DNA of 42,412 bases from an uncultured archaeon (GCA_964538165.1 CAZIEL010000001.1:1-42412), one strand, 5' to 3'; positions 27,297 to 35,340 are shown, numbered from the stretch's first letter. Numbers and translations: made by a program. Notes: a model not told the origin generated them from the letters alone.

Positions 27297-27922
27297 GCAT
27301 AAAATGAATCCTTGAAAGTTCTTGCATATCTTTTGCAAAGTATGCTCTTCTTCTTTCTGCTTCAAGTTTAGAGTTAGATAAAAATACTTTACGCGGAAGA
27401 GCACTCATAAATCTTCTATTAACTATTGTTCTTTCTCCCTTTGAAGAAAGAATTTGCCCAAGTGCATTAGCATGCATTGAACCAACAACAACATAAACTG
27501 GTTTTCCTTTTTTTGCATTAATTGTATTACGAATAATTGAAGCCATATTCTCTTCACGCTTAATGCTTGCGCTTGTAACCCAAAGGAAACGATCAAAATC
27601 AGATTTTATTCTATTTACTCCTTTCATGAAAGAATATTCTGAAGAAAAAGTTTCAAGGTTAATTACCTTAAATGCTTTTGATCTTGCAACATCAGCAAGT
27701 TCAATTAACGAAGAAAAATTTGAGAACAAAACATTCAAGTACTTGTCACCATACATTCGTTTTGCCCTTGCAACATTCTCAGCCAAATACTTTGGAGGAG
27801 AAACTTTAAGCAAGCTATTATTTGCATGAGCCTCCCCAACCGCAAGAGCAAAATCAAAAAGTTCTTTACTCCCTTCAACACAAACCGTAGATCCATTCGG
27901 GAGAGAATGCAAGTACGAAAGT
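27297..27922. repeat. tandem direct repeat, copy 2 (626 bp)
   Basis: Head-to-tail with copy 1, offset exactly 626 nt. At most 1 nt (T) of junction microhomology. Confidence 0.9.
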
Positions 27923-27998
27923 AAGTCATGATGAAGAGCTTTCTCTATAGCATGACTCCAAGGAAGAATTTCAATACTTGTTCTAATTGTCATTAACT

Positions 27999-29096
27999 TC
28001 ACCCAAAAGGACGATTACTTCTTCGCATTCTAACTTTTGACCCCAATCGATCAACCAATCTATCATAAACAATACTAATATCCTGTTCATTTAAACCTGC
28101 CCTAAGGTCGGCTTCAATTAAAACGCTTGGAAAAGAATATTCTTTATGCAAAGAACTCAAAGAATACACAATACTTGCAATATTTTGGACACACTCAAGA
28201 AAGTGTCCAGCATTTTGAGAATTATTACAAAGAAATTCCACTCTTAAGGGTTTATCAAATTCAGTAGATTTAATATAAAAAACAAAAATGTTTTCAGCCC
28301 ACTTTTTATCATAATCTTTTAGAATAGCATGACTAACAATTTTATTTGTATACGGAAAAGCAAATGTTCGTTCACCCGCCCGCAAATAATAATCCAACAA
28401 AGAAGCATCAAAAGAATTTTTTAATAAACTTGCATCAACCTTTAATGCAGAATTTGGGAGAATTTCTTCTTGAAGAATTTGTTTAAATCTTGCCCCCCTA
28501 GAATCTTCAACACAAGCAACCAAAGAACAAGAATATTCTTGAGCAACACCATACAACTTCTCAAAAAGATCAATAATTGAATAATACTCATCATTAAGTT
28601 CAGACTCAGTTCTGGGTTTATCTTGATATTGCGGAACAATACTCCCATCAATAAACATAAACTTTGGTTTATACTTTTGTATCATTTCAATTGAACACGA
28701 AACCTCTGCCTTTAACCTAACAAGAGAAAGACTTTGAGTTTCTTCATCAGCTTCAAGACCCGAACCAAGCAAAACTGGTTCCGGCAAAGAAAATGCAGCA
28801 GGATAATAATCAGTTTTAACTAATTTACCCCCTTCATAAGTAAATAAAACCCCCGCGGTTTTTATTATTGCAAGATCAATAAAAGAAAGTTTTTTGTGAA
28901 TAAAACCAGAATCCACTCCAGCAACAGCCCCAAAACAATCTTTTTTATTGACTCCAACTACAATCGTCTCGAGTTTGTTTGGAGCACTCACACTTTTCAA
29001 CCCCTGCAAAAGAAGAGAAAGTCGCTCATTATAATTGTGTCTTTGGTTAATAGCAGAAACTGCAGTTTCAAAAAAATCTTTAAACACTAATCTCAC
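27999..29096 (-). CDS. nurA: NurA 5'-3' nuclease
   Basis: 365 aa with a GTG start. It has NurA-type catalytic segments (AGVDSGF, MFIDGSIVPQ, ACVEDSRG) and lies in the same neighbourhood as herA and rad50. Confidence 0.85.
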   Translation of the reverse strand: MRLVFKDFFETAVSAINQRHNYNERLSLLLQGLKSVSAPNKLETIVVGVNKKDCFGAVAGVDSGFIHKKLSFIDLAIIKTAGVLFTYEGGKLVKTDYYPAAFSLPEPVLLGSGLEADEETQSLSLVRLKAEVSCSIEMIQKYKPKFMFIDGSIVPQYQDKPRTESELNDEYYSIIDLFEKLYGVAQEYSCSLVACVEDSRGARFKQILQEEILPNSALKVDASLLKNSFDASLLDYYLRAGERTFAFPYTNKIVSHAILKDYDKKWAENIFVFYIKSTEFDKPLRVEFLCNNSQNAGHFLECVQNIASIVYSLSSLHKEYSFPSVLIEADLRAGLNEQDISIVYDRLVDRLGSKVRMRRSNRPFG

Positions 29097-29135
29097 TAAA
29101 TAAACTAAAGTTTTTAATATTTAAAGACATTCCGA

Positions 29136-29146
29136 GGCAATTTGCC
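29136..29146 (-). promoter_or_regulatory. shared promoter-proximal element, perfect palindrome GGCAA-T-TTGCC upstream of nurA
   Basis: 40-50 nt upstream of the nurA GTG at 29096, just distal to a TATA box (coding strand TCTTTAAATATTAAAAA). Confidence 0.45.
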
Positions 29147-29257
29147 GACAAAAAAGTTGACTTAAGAGCAAGGTTTATAAAGAAAATACGCTTTCTACTT
29201 GTTGGAAACTAGGCTTAATGAGCTAGGTTTAATTTCTTGCGAAAAAGGTGTTTTTTT

Positions 29258-29581
29258 ATGAAAGCTAAATTTGAAGTGCGTACAATAAAAAGCTCTTGGA
29301 AACCCCCATTCAAAAAAGATATAACTGATGAAGCGTTTGAAGTAGAAGAAGGACAAGAGTTTGATAGAGTAAGAGGAAACGGAAATGATGAAGTAGTATA
29401 CCAACTGCTAAAACTTTCTGGGGACCGAGCAGTAGTTAAATTCTCAAAACTATTCACATTAAAAATAGCAAATCCAGGAGACAAACAAATAGTTTTAGAA
29501 AAAGACAAACCAGTAGACATGACTTACATGTGGGGAGAAGACGGAACCACAAAAAAAATAACTTACAAAGGAACCGTATAA
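29258..29581 (+). CDS. hypothetical protein
   Basis: ATG at 29258 is preceded by AAAGGTG. About 107 aa and beta-rich. No family recognised. Confidence 0.4.
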   Translation: MKAKFEVRTIKSSWKPPFKKDITDEAFEVEEGQEFDRVRGNGNDEVVYQLLKLSGDRAVVKFSKLFTLKIANPGDKQIVLEKDKPVDMTYMWGEDGTTKKITYKGTV

Positions 29582-29595
29582 AAATAAACTTATTC

Positions 29596-29621
29596 TTGGC
29601 GTTGCTAAAAAGCAATGCCAA
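29596..29621. promoter_or_regulatory. 26-nt inverted repeat TTGGCGTTGCT-AAAA-AGCAATGCCAA upstream of the ArsR-family gene
   Basis: 11-nt arms with one G:T mismatch. It lies 60-85 nt upstream of the arsR-like start and distal to a TATA-like AAGATTAAAAAG. It could be an operator or the terminator of the upstream gene. Confidence 0.35.
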
Positions 29622-29681
29622 AATCGTTCCAAAAGTACCCATACGTTAAGATTAAAAAGACAAACATGAATACTAATTCAT

Positions 29682-29999
29682 ATGAATCAGGGCACGGAAC
29701 AACCATTTAAGTGCATGGAAGTACTTGGAAACAGACTTAGAGTGGAAATAATTTGTTTATTACAAGAAAAACCAAGAACTGTACAAGAAGTATGCCACGT
29801 ACTTGGACGAGAACAGAGTTTAATTAGTCACTCACTAAAACAACTTAGAGAATGCAATTTTGTCGATTATAGAAAAGAAGGAAAAAAAAGCGTGTATTAT
29901 ATAAAATCAGAAATTTTTAATAAAAAAAACAAAACAATATTTGAAATGTTTGAAGAACATGCAAAAACATATTGCAAAAATAAGCACAAAGAAGAATAA
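29682..29999 (+). CDS. ArsR/SmtB-family winged-helix transcriptional regulator
   Basis: LGNRLRVEIICLLQEKPRTVQEVCHVLGREQSLISHSLKQLRECNFVDYRKEGKKSVYY is a typical ArsR HTH-plus-wing pattern. Confidence 0.8.
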   Translation: MNQGTEQPFKCMEVLGNRLRVEIICLLQEKPRTVQEVCHVLGREQSLISHSLKQLRECNFVDYRKEGKKSVYYIKSEIFNKKNKTIFEMFEEHAKTYCKNKHKEE

Positions 30000-30026
30000 A
30001 ATAATCTCTTTGGAAGGTGAGCAAAG

Positions 30027-31226
30027 ATGGTGAAAGAAATCTATTTAGACTACGCTTCAACTACCCCCATTAGAAAAGAAGTACTAAAAGAAGCGATGCC
30101 ATACCTAACAGAAAAGTTTGGAAACGCTTCAAGCTTTCATTCAAGCGGACTAATTGCAAAAAAAGCGATAAAAAACGCAAGAGAAAATATTGCAAAAATT
30201 CTAAATTGTGAACCTGAAGAAATAATTTTCACTGGAAGCGGAACAGAAAGTATTAATCTAGCGATAAAAGGAATTGCATTTAAAGAACTTCTTCAAAACA
30301 AAATGCAACCAAAAGGAATATTTATTACCCAAAAAACAGAGCACCATGCGGTAATAGAAACAATGCAGTGGATAAAAAAAATGGGTTTTGAAATAATTGA
30401 ACTAGAGGTTAATGAAGAAGGGTTAGTTGACTTAAATGAAATGCGAAAAATAATTGGAAAAAAACAAAGCGAAGGAGAAAAAGTCCTTTTAGTTTCAATA
30501 ATGTATGCAAATAACGAAATTGGAACAATCCAGCCAATCACAGAGATTGCTAAAACATGCCATGACCACAAAGTAATATTCCACACAGATGCCTGCCAGG
30601 GCGCAGAATATTTGAATATTGATACAAAAAAACTTGGAGCGGACTTAATGACACTAAATGGAAGCAAAATTTATTCATTCAAAGGAACTGGAATCTTATA
30701 TAAAAGAAAAGAAATACAGCTAGAACCATTAATTCATGGAGGCGCACACGAAGGGGGAATGAGAGCTGGCACAGAAAATGTTGCAGGAATAGTTGGAATA
30801 AATAAAGCACTCGAACTCGCTGAAAAAGAAAAAAAGAAAGAAAAAAAAAGACTTGAAAAACTAAGAGACTACTTTATCAATAAAACAAAAAAAGAAATTC
30901 CTTACACCATTCTGAATGGGAGCGCAAAACAAAGGCTCCCAAATAATGTTAATCTTTCATTTGAAGGAGTAGAAGGAGAAAGTATCTTGCTCAGATTAAA
31001 TGAAGCAGGAGTACGAGTAAGCACTGGAAGTGCTTGTTCTTCTCAATCACTAGAACCAAGCCACGTCTTACTAGCAATTGGACGACCACATGAACTAGCG
31101 CATGGAAGCATTAGATTCACACTAGGAAAAAATACTACAAAAAAAGAACTAAATTACACAATAAAAGTTTTAAAAGAAACAATAAAATTTTTAAGAAACA
31201 TTTCACCAATTTGGAAGAAAAAATAG
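30027..31226 (+). CDS. cysteine desulfurase (NifS/IscS class V aminotransferase)
   Basis: IYLDYASTTP, SGTESINLA, HTDACQG, a PLP-Lys region (NGSKIYSFKGTG) and the active-site loop SACSS. 399 aa. Confidence 0.9.
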   Translation: MVKEIYLDYASTTPIRKEVLKEAMPYLTEKFGNASSFHSSGLIAKKAIKNARENIAKILNCEPEEIIFTGSGTESINLAIKGIAFKELLQNKMQPKGIFITQKTEHHAVIETMQWIKKMGFEIIELEVNEEGLVDLNEMRKIIGKKQSEGEKVLLVSIMYANNEIGTIQPITEIAKTCHDHKVIFHTDACQGAEYLNIDTKKLGADLMTLNGSKIYSFKGTGILYKRKEIQLEPLIHGGAHEGGMRAGTENVAGIVGINKALELAEKEKKKEKKRLEKLRDYFINKTKKEIPYTILNGSAKQRLPNNVNLSFEGVEGESILLRLNEAGVRVSTGSACSSQSLEPSHVLLAIGRPHELAHGSIRFTLGKNTTKKELNYTIKVLKETIKFLRNISPIWKKK

Positions 31227-31239
31227 GGTGCGAGAAAAA

Positions 31240-31848
31240 ATGAAAAGAAAGATAATTTTAGCAAGCACTAGCCCCAGAAGAAAAGAACTTGCAGGACAAA
31301 TGGGACTTGAATTTGAAGTTATACCTAGTAATTATGAAGAGAATATGAATCAAAATTTGTCCTCAAAAGAACTTGCTAAAACATTGGCGTATGGAAAAGC
31401 AAAAGAAGTAGCAACCAGAGTAAATAAAGGAATTGTTATTGGAATAGACACATTTGTTGTTTTAGAAGGAAAAAAAATGGGAAAACCAAAAAACAAAGAA
31501 GAAGCATTTCTGATGCTAAAAAAAACATCAGGAAAAACACAAAAAGTTTACTCAGGAGTAGCAATGATTGATTGCGAAAATGGAAAAGAACTCAAAGACT
31601 GCGCGATTACAGAACTAAAATTTAGAAAAATGAGTGATGAAGAAATAAAAAAATATATAGAAACAGGCGAACCAATGGATAAAGCTGGCGCTTATGCAGT
31701 ACAAGGATTAAGTTCAATTTTCATTGAAAAAATTAATGGGTGTTATCACAACATTGTTGGCTTCCCAATATATACCATTTATAAAAATTTGAAAAAACTC
31801 GGAGTAAATATATTTGAGTATGAAAAATGGAAAATGAAAGGTGATTAA
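31240..31848 (+). CDS. maf: Maf-family nucleoside triphosphate pyrophosphatase
   Basis: IILASTSPRRKEL, IGIDTFVVLEGKKMGKP and DKAGAYAVQG motifs. The ATG at 31240 is preferred over the GTG at 31228. Confidence 0.85.
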   Translation: MKRKIILASTSPRRKELAGQMGLEFEVIPSNYEENMNQNLSSKELAKTLAYGKAKEVATRVNKGIVIGIDTFVVLEGKKMGKPKNKEEAFLMLKKTSGKTQKVYSGVAMIDCENGKELKDCAITELKFRKMSDEEIKKYIETGEPMDKAGAYAVQGLSSIFIEKINGCYHNIVGFPIYTIYKNLKKLGVNIFEYEKWKMKGD

Positions 31849-32289
31849 ATGAAAGTAGAAGGAAATGATTGGTTCTATTCAGACAAAGTAAAACAACACT
31901 TCATGAAGCCAAAAAACTTTGTCCACTCTCAAAAAGATGTTAAAGGTTTTGATGGATATGGAAAAGTAGGAAATGTTAAGTGTGGAGACTTAATGGAAAT
32001 GTGGATTTGGGTAAAAGATGAAAAAATAAAAGGCTGCAAATGGAAAACATTTGGTTGTGCAAGTGCAATAGCTAGCACAAGTATGCTCTCAGAAATGTTA
32101 CTTGAAAAGGGCGGAATGAAAATAGAAAAAGCCTTAAAACTAACTGGAAAAGATATCATGGATAGACTTGGAGGGCTACCCGCAATAAAAGTACACTGCT
32201 CAGTACTAGGAGACCAAGCACTAAGAGCAGCAATAAAAGATTACGAAAAAAACAGTCAAAAAACCCCAAAAGAAAGAAAGAAAAAGTAA
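31849..32289 (+). CDS. IscU/NifU-like Fe-S cluster scaffold
   Basis: Three conserved Cys in context (NVKCGDLMEMWI, FGCASAIASTS, HCSVLG). Confidence 0.85.
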   Translation: MKVEGNDWFYSDKVKQHFMKPKNFVHSQKDVKGFDGYGKVGNVKCGDLMEMWIWVKDEKIKGCKWKTFGCASAIASTSMLSEMLLEKGGMKIEKALKLTGKDIMDRLGGLPAIKVHCSVLGDQALRAAIKDYEKNSQKTPKERKKK

Positions 32290-32307
32290 AACTAACTCAA
32301 TTTTGTT

Positions 32308-32655
32308 ATGCAATCAATTTTCAAAAGAAAGGGCCGAGAAAACTACTTAAAAGCAAAAAAAGAACTTGAAGTTGCAAGAAAAATTGCTGAAAGAGCACAA
32401 AAAGACGAAGAAATACATGATTTGATGGCAAGATATGCTACTTTAAAAAAATCAAGAAACTTTTTAGAAGAACGATTCAAACGAACAACCGCAATTTTAA
32501 GACAATTACTCGCCCAAAAGAAACGAAACCCAAAAAGAGAAATAAAATGGATTTTTGAAATACAAAAAATAGATGAAGACATCAATTTTACTGAAAGCAG
32601 ACTTTCTTCCTTAGAAGAAATACTAAAACAAATAACTTCAAAAAAGCAAAAATAA
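32308..32655 (+). CDS. hypothetical coiled-coil protein
   Basis: 115 aa, highly charged with heptad-like periodicity. Good intergenic spacing on both sides. Confidence 0.35.
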   Translation: MQSIFKRKGRENYLKAKKELEVARKIAERAQKDEEIHDLMARYATLKKSRNFLEERFKRTTAILRQLLAQKKRNPKREIKWIFEIQKIDEDINFTESRLSSLEEILKQITSKKQK

Positions 32656-32700
32656 AATCAAGCACTAGATTAAAAAAGGAAAAGATCTAATACTAGTAGT

Positions 32701-33042
32701 ATGGAACTAGTGCAATACATAGTTGTAAACACCTCGCTTGGAATGAACAAAGGTAAAATTGCTGCACAAGTAGCACACGCAGCAGTTTCGGTGCTAGACA
32801 AGGTAGATGAAGACACTGTTGAAGAATGGAAACAAACAGGAATGAAAAAAATAGTACTAAAAATAGCCTCAACTGAAAATCTAATTGAACTATTTGAAAA
32901 AGCAAAAAAAAGAGCACCCTGCGCACTAATTATGGATGCTGGACGAACCCAAATTGAATCAGGAAGCAAAACTTGTTTTGCTTGCGGACCAATCAATGAA
33001 GAAGAAGGAAGCAAATTATTCAAAGAATTAAAGCTATTATAG
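32701..33042 (+). CDS. pth2: archaeal-type peptidyl-tRNA hydrolase (Pth2)
   Basis: QYIVVNTSLGMNKGKIAAQVAHAAV, KIVLK and DAGRTQIESGSKTCFACGP match the Pth2 family. 113 aa. Confidence 0.85.
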   Translation: MELVQYIVVNTSLGMNKGKIAAQVAHAAVSVLDKVDEDTVEEWKQTGMKKIVLKIASTENLIELFEKAKKRAPCALIMDAGRTQIESGSKTCFACGPINEEEGSKLFKELKLL

Positions 33043-33071
33043 TAAGAATATTTTCCACAAAGTTGATAAAA

Positions 33072-33851
33072 ATGAAATCAGGTTTTCTTAAACACGTAAA
33101 TTCATTAATAACCCAATCTGATCTTGTGATTGAAGTAGTGGACGCAAGAAGACCAAGCGAAACACGAAATTATTCATTAGAAAAGTCAGTTCTAAAAAAC
33201 AGAAAAAATCTTCTAATTGTAATGAATAAATCTGACCTTGTTGAAGACAAAAAACTATTAGAACAAAGAAAAGAAATCCTCTCAAAAGAATCAAGAGCAA
33301 AAGTAGTATTCATCTCAGCAAAAGAAAGAGACGGAATAAACATGATAAGAAGAGAAATGGGAGTAATCTCACAAAGAAAAACTATGGGCGACTTTGTAGT
33401 AGGAATAATCGGTTATCCTAATGTTGGAAAAAGTACTTTAATTAATGCCCTTGCCGGAAAAGGAAGAGGAAGAGTCGCAACAAGTAAAAAAGCCGGGCTT
33501 ACTCGAGGAATAGCAAAAGTAAAAGTAACTGACGGAGTATATCTAATTGATTCTCCAGGAATAATTCCTATGGGAGATGAAGAATTTGAATTATATTTAG
33601 TCGAATCAAAAAATCCCAACCAATTAAAAGATGTTGACACTGCAGCAGTAAGATTAATTCAAATGCTTGGAAAAGATAAGGTTACAGAATTTTATGGAAT
33701 TGATAAAGAAACAGCAGAACAACTAGATGAAGATGAACTACTTGAGGAAATTGCAAAGAAAAAAAATTTATTAATGAAAGGCGGAAAAGGAGACCCACTT
33801 AAAGGAGCAAGAGATTTACTTGAAAGATACCAACGACACGAGTTGAAATAA
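33072..33851 (+). CDS. circularly permuted ribosome-biogenesis GTPase (YlqF/RbgA/MJ1464-like)
   Basis: Motif order G4 (MNKSDL) -> G1 (GYPNVGKSTLINAL) -> G3 (DSPG). Confidence 0.8.
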   Translation: MKSGFLKHVNSLITQSDLVIEVVDARRPSETRNYSLEKSVLKNRKNLLIVMNKSDLVEDKKLLEQRKEILSKESRAKVVFISAKERDGINMIRREMGVISQRKTMGDFVVGIIGYPNVGKSTLINALAGKGRGRVATSKKAGLTRGIAKVKVTDGVYLIDSPGIIPMGDEEFELYLVESKNPNQLKDVDTAAVRLIQMLGKDKVTEFYGIDKETAEQLDEDELLEEIAKKKNLLMKGGKGDPLKGARDLLERYQRHELK

Positions 33852-33886
33852 ATGCCAAAAAAGTAAAACAATTCAATCTAACTCAC

Positions 33887-34210
33887 GTGGAAAAAATTGG
33901 GCTTGATCCAAAATCTGCAAATTATGCAATAGTAGATGGAAAAGTTGTACAAATTGATTTTTACCCCCCACAAATAAAAGGGAACCAAAGTACAACTCCT
34001 TATGATTTAACACAAAGACTTAGATCAAAAACACTAAAAGTACTTGCAAATTTAATGAATGGGAGAGTAAGAAAAAGAATTAATCAAGAATTAGATAAAC
34101 ATTATGATGGAGACTTTTTGGCGAGAAGAATACTAAGTCACTTCAAAAGAGCAAAACCACAAATGAGACAAGAATTCGAAGAAATTTATTTGAGGATTAA
34201 ATCGCTTTAA
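33887..34210 (+). CDS. hypothetical protein resembling only the C-lobe of a protein-kinase-like fold (possible gene remnant)
   Basis: GTG start. GLDPKSANYAIVDGKVVQIDFYPPQ resembles the catalytic-loop (D....N) plus metal-binding (IDF) segment of RIO/APH-type kinases, but no N-lobe is encoded. Confidence 0.3.
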   Translation: MEKIGLDPKSANYAIVDGKVVQIDFYPPQIKGNQSTTPYDLTQRLRSKTLKVLANLMNGRVRKRINQELDKHYDGDFLARRILSHFKRAKPQMRQEFEEIYLRIKSL

Positions 34211-34369
34211 TTAAATCAATTAATTGTTTAAGTTGAACTTTCTTTTTTAGGGACTTTTCTTTATCCAAGCGAACCTTTAACTCGCCAATCATGTCATCAG
34301 TAGTTATTCGCATAAAGAATACTCGCAAAAAAAGGTGTTTAAATGTTTGGATTTGATTCGACCATTATT

Positions 34370-34765
34370 TCATACTATTTGGGTAATAAGAACATCAAGC
34401 GAAACACTTACTTTTTTTGCTTCCTCAAGTGAAATCATAAAGTTTTTTCCAGCATTATGAAAATTTTCTTCTTTGACAAAAAGCCAGCCCTCTCGAGGAA
34501 TTTTCCATGCAACAAAAAATTCTGCTCCGGCAGTTTTTGCCCAATTAACTTCATCATTAAAAGTAATAATTGGAATTGCTAAATGCGCACCTTTCCAAGC
34601 TTTGCACTCAAAAGCAAGAATTCGCCCATTTTTTAATGCAACAACATCAGGGGACGGCAGAGGAGACACTCCCGAACCCGCCACACGAAGAACAGCAAAA
34701 CCTAAATCGGACAGAGTGTGAATTAACTCTCTCTCTGCATTAGCACCTTTGTTATAATGAGCCAT
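34370..34765 (-). CDS. hjc: Holliday junction resolvase Hjc
   Basis: KGANAERELIHTLSDLGFAVLRVAGSG...PDVVALKNGRILAFECKAWK is the canonical Hjc E...D...ExK core. 131 aa. Confidence 0.85.
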   Translation of the reverse strand: MAHYNKGANAERELIHTLSDLGFAVLRVAGSGVSPLPSPDVVALKNGRILAFECKAWKGAHLAIPIITFNDEVNWAKTAGAEFFVAWKIPREGWLFVKEENFHNAGKNFMISLEEAKKVSVSLDVLITQIV

Positions 34766-34827
34766 TACTTATCACAAAAACATAATGAAAATAAAGAAAA
34801 ATTATTATAAAAAACTTTACAAAAGAA

Positions 34828-35340
34828 TTACTTTTTTTTTAATTTTGATTTTACCTTATTCACCTTAACTTCTTGAAGAATGGCTTTATCAGCAAGTTTT
34901 CTGACAAGTAAAATTACTACTACTAACGCTAACCCTGAAGCAAATGCCAAAAACATCGGAGAGGCAATTGAAAAAATAACTGAAAACAATATCAATAAAA
35001 GCGAACCCACAACAACCCCATATTTTATTATTTCTTCTTTAACACTCTTAAGTGCAATAAAAATCAGAGCAATTCCTGCAAGCATATACAAAACCATTCT
35101 ATAGGTGTCAGCAGATTTTGTAGCTTGATCATAATTTTCAAAAGCTAAATCCGTTGCATTACAATATTTATAATCACTAGACCCAATCCACTCCCCATCA
35201 GAAGCAATACACTTTTCCTCTGATTTAATCAGTGAATAATCCATTGCGGGAGGAGAAGGAATAATAAAACCAAGCAAGGAAGAGACAAAAATAAACAAAA
35301 GCAATCCAATTAGCAAAGAAAAAACAGCTTTAAATTTCAT
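34828..35340 (-). CDS. hypothetical membrane protein
   Basis: N-terminal TM, a Cys-containing extracellular segment, several C-terminal TM helices and a lysine-rich tail. Confidence 0.4.
   Translation of the reverse strand: MKFKAVFSLLIGLLLFIFVSSLLGFIIPSPPAMDYSLIKSEEKCIASDGEWIGSSDYKYCNATDLAFENYDQATKSADTYRMVLYMLAGIALIFIALKSVKEEIIKYGVVVGSLLLILFSVIFSIASPMFLAFASGLALVVVILLVRKLADKAILQEVKVNKVKSKLKKK

Larger units (their letters stand above)
26537..28002 (-). pseudogene. hypothetical protein (weak Tiki/TraB/ChaN-like features) disrupted by an internal 626-bp tandem duplication
   Basis: Removing one repeat copy gives an uninterrupted 279-codon frame, MKLMTIRT...SRIHFMQSKEPEAV...KRGKR. As assembled, the frame shifts at the copy junction (626 is not a multiple of 3). 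REENMASIIRN...KPVYVVVGSMHANALG resembles the R(D/E)xxM ... GxxH pattern of the TraB/ChaN/Tiki superfamily. Both neighbours have 4-nt start/stop overlaps with it. Confidence 0.6.

Noticed and set aside
26937-27829. Two identical 88-aa plus-strand ORFs (26937-27203 and 27563-27829).
   Set aside because: They are antisense to the duplicated gene and identical only because they lie in the two copies of the 626-bp repeat. They are not evidence of a paralogous gene pair.
26671-27922. Possibility that the repeated sequence is a CRISPR array or a mobile element.
   Set aside because: There are only two long (626-bp) abutting copies with no spacers. There are no terminal inverted repeats, no transposase or integrase, and no target-site duplication. 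It is an intragenic tandem duplication.
29215-29520. 101-aa minus-strand ORF, plus the 69-aa ORF at 29195-29404.
   Set aside because: They are antisense to the plus-strand ORF 29258-29581, which has a GGTG ribosome-binding site and sensible spacing. They would also run into the nurA promoter region.
34197-34313. 38-codon minus-strand ORF (MRITTDDMIGELKVRLDKEKSLKKKVQLKQLIDLIKAI) downstream of hjc.
   Set aside because: It is too short and has no recognisable family. It overlaps the 3' end of ORF 33887-34210 and cannot be supported from sequence alone.
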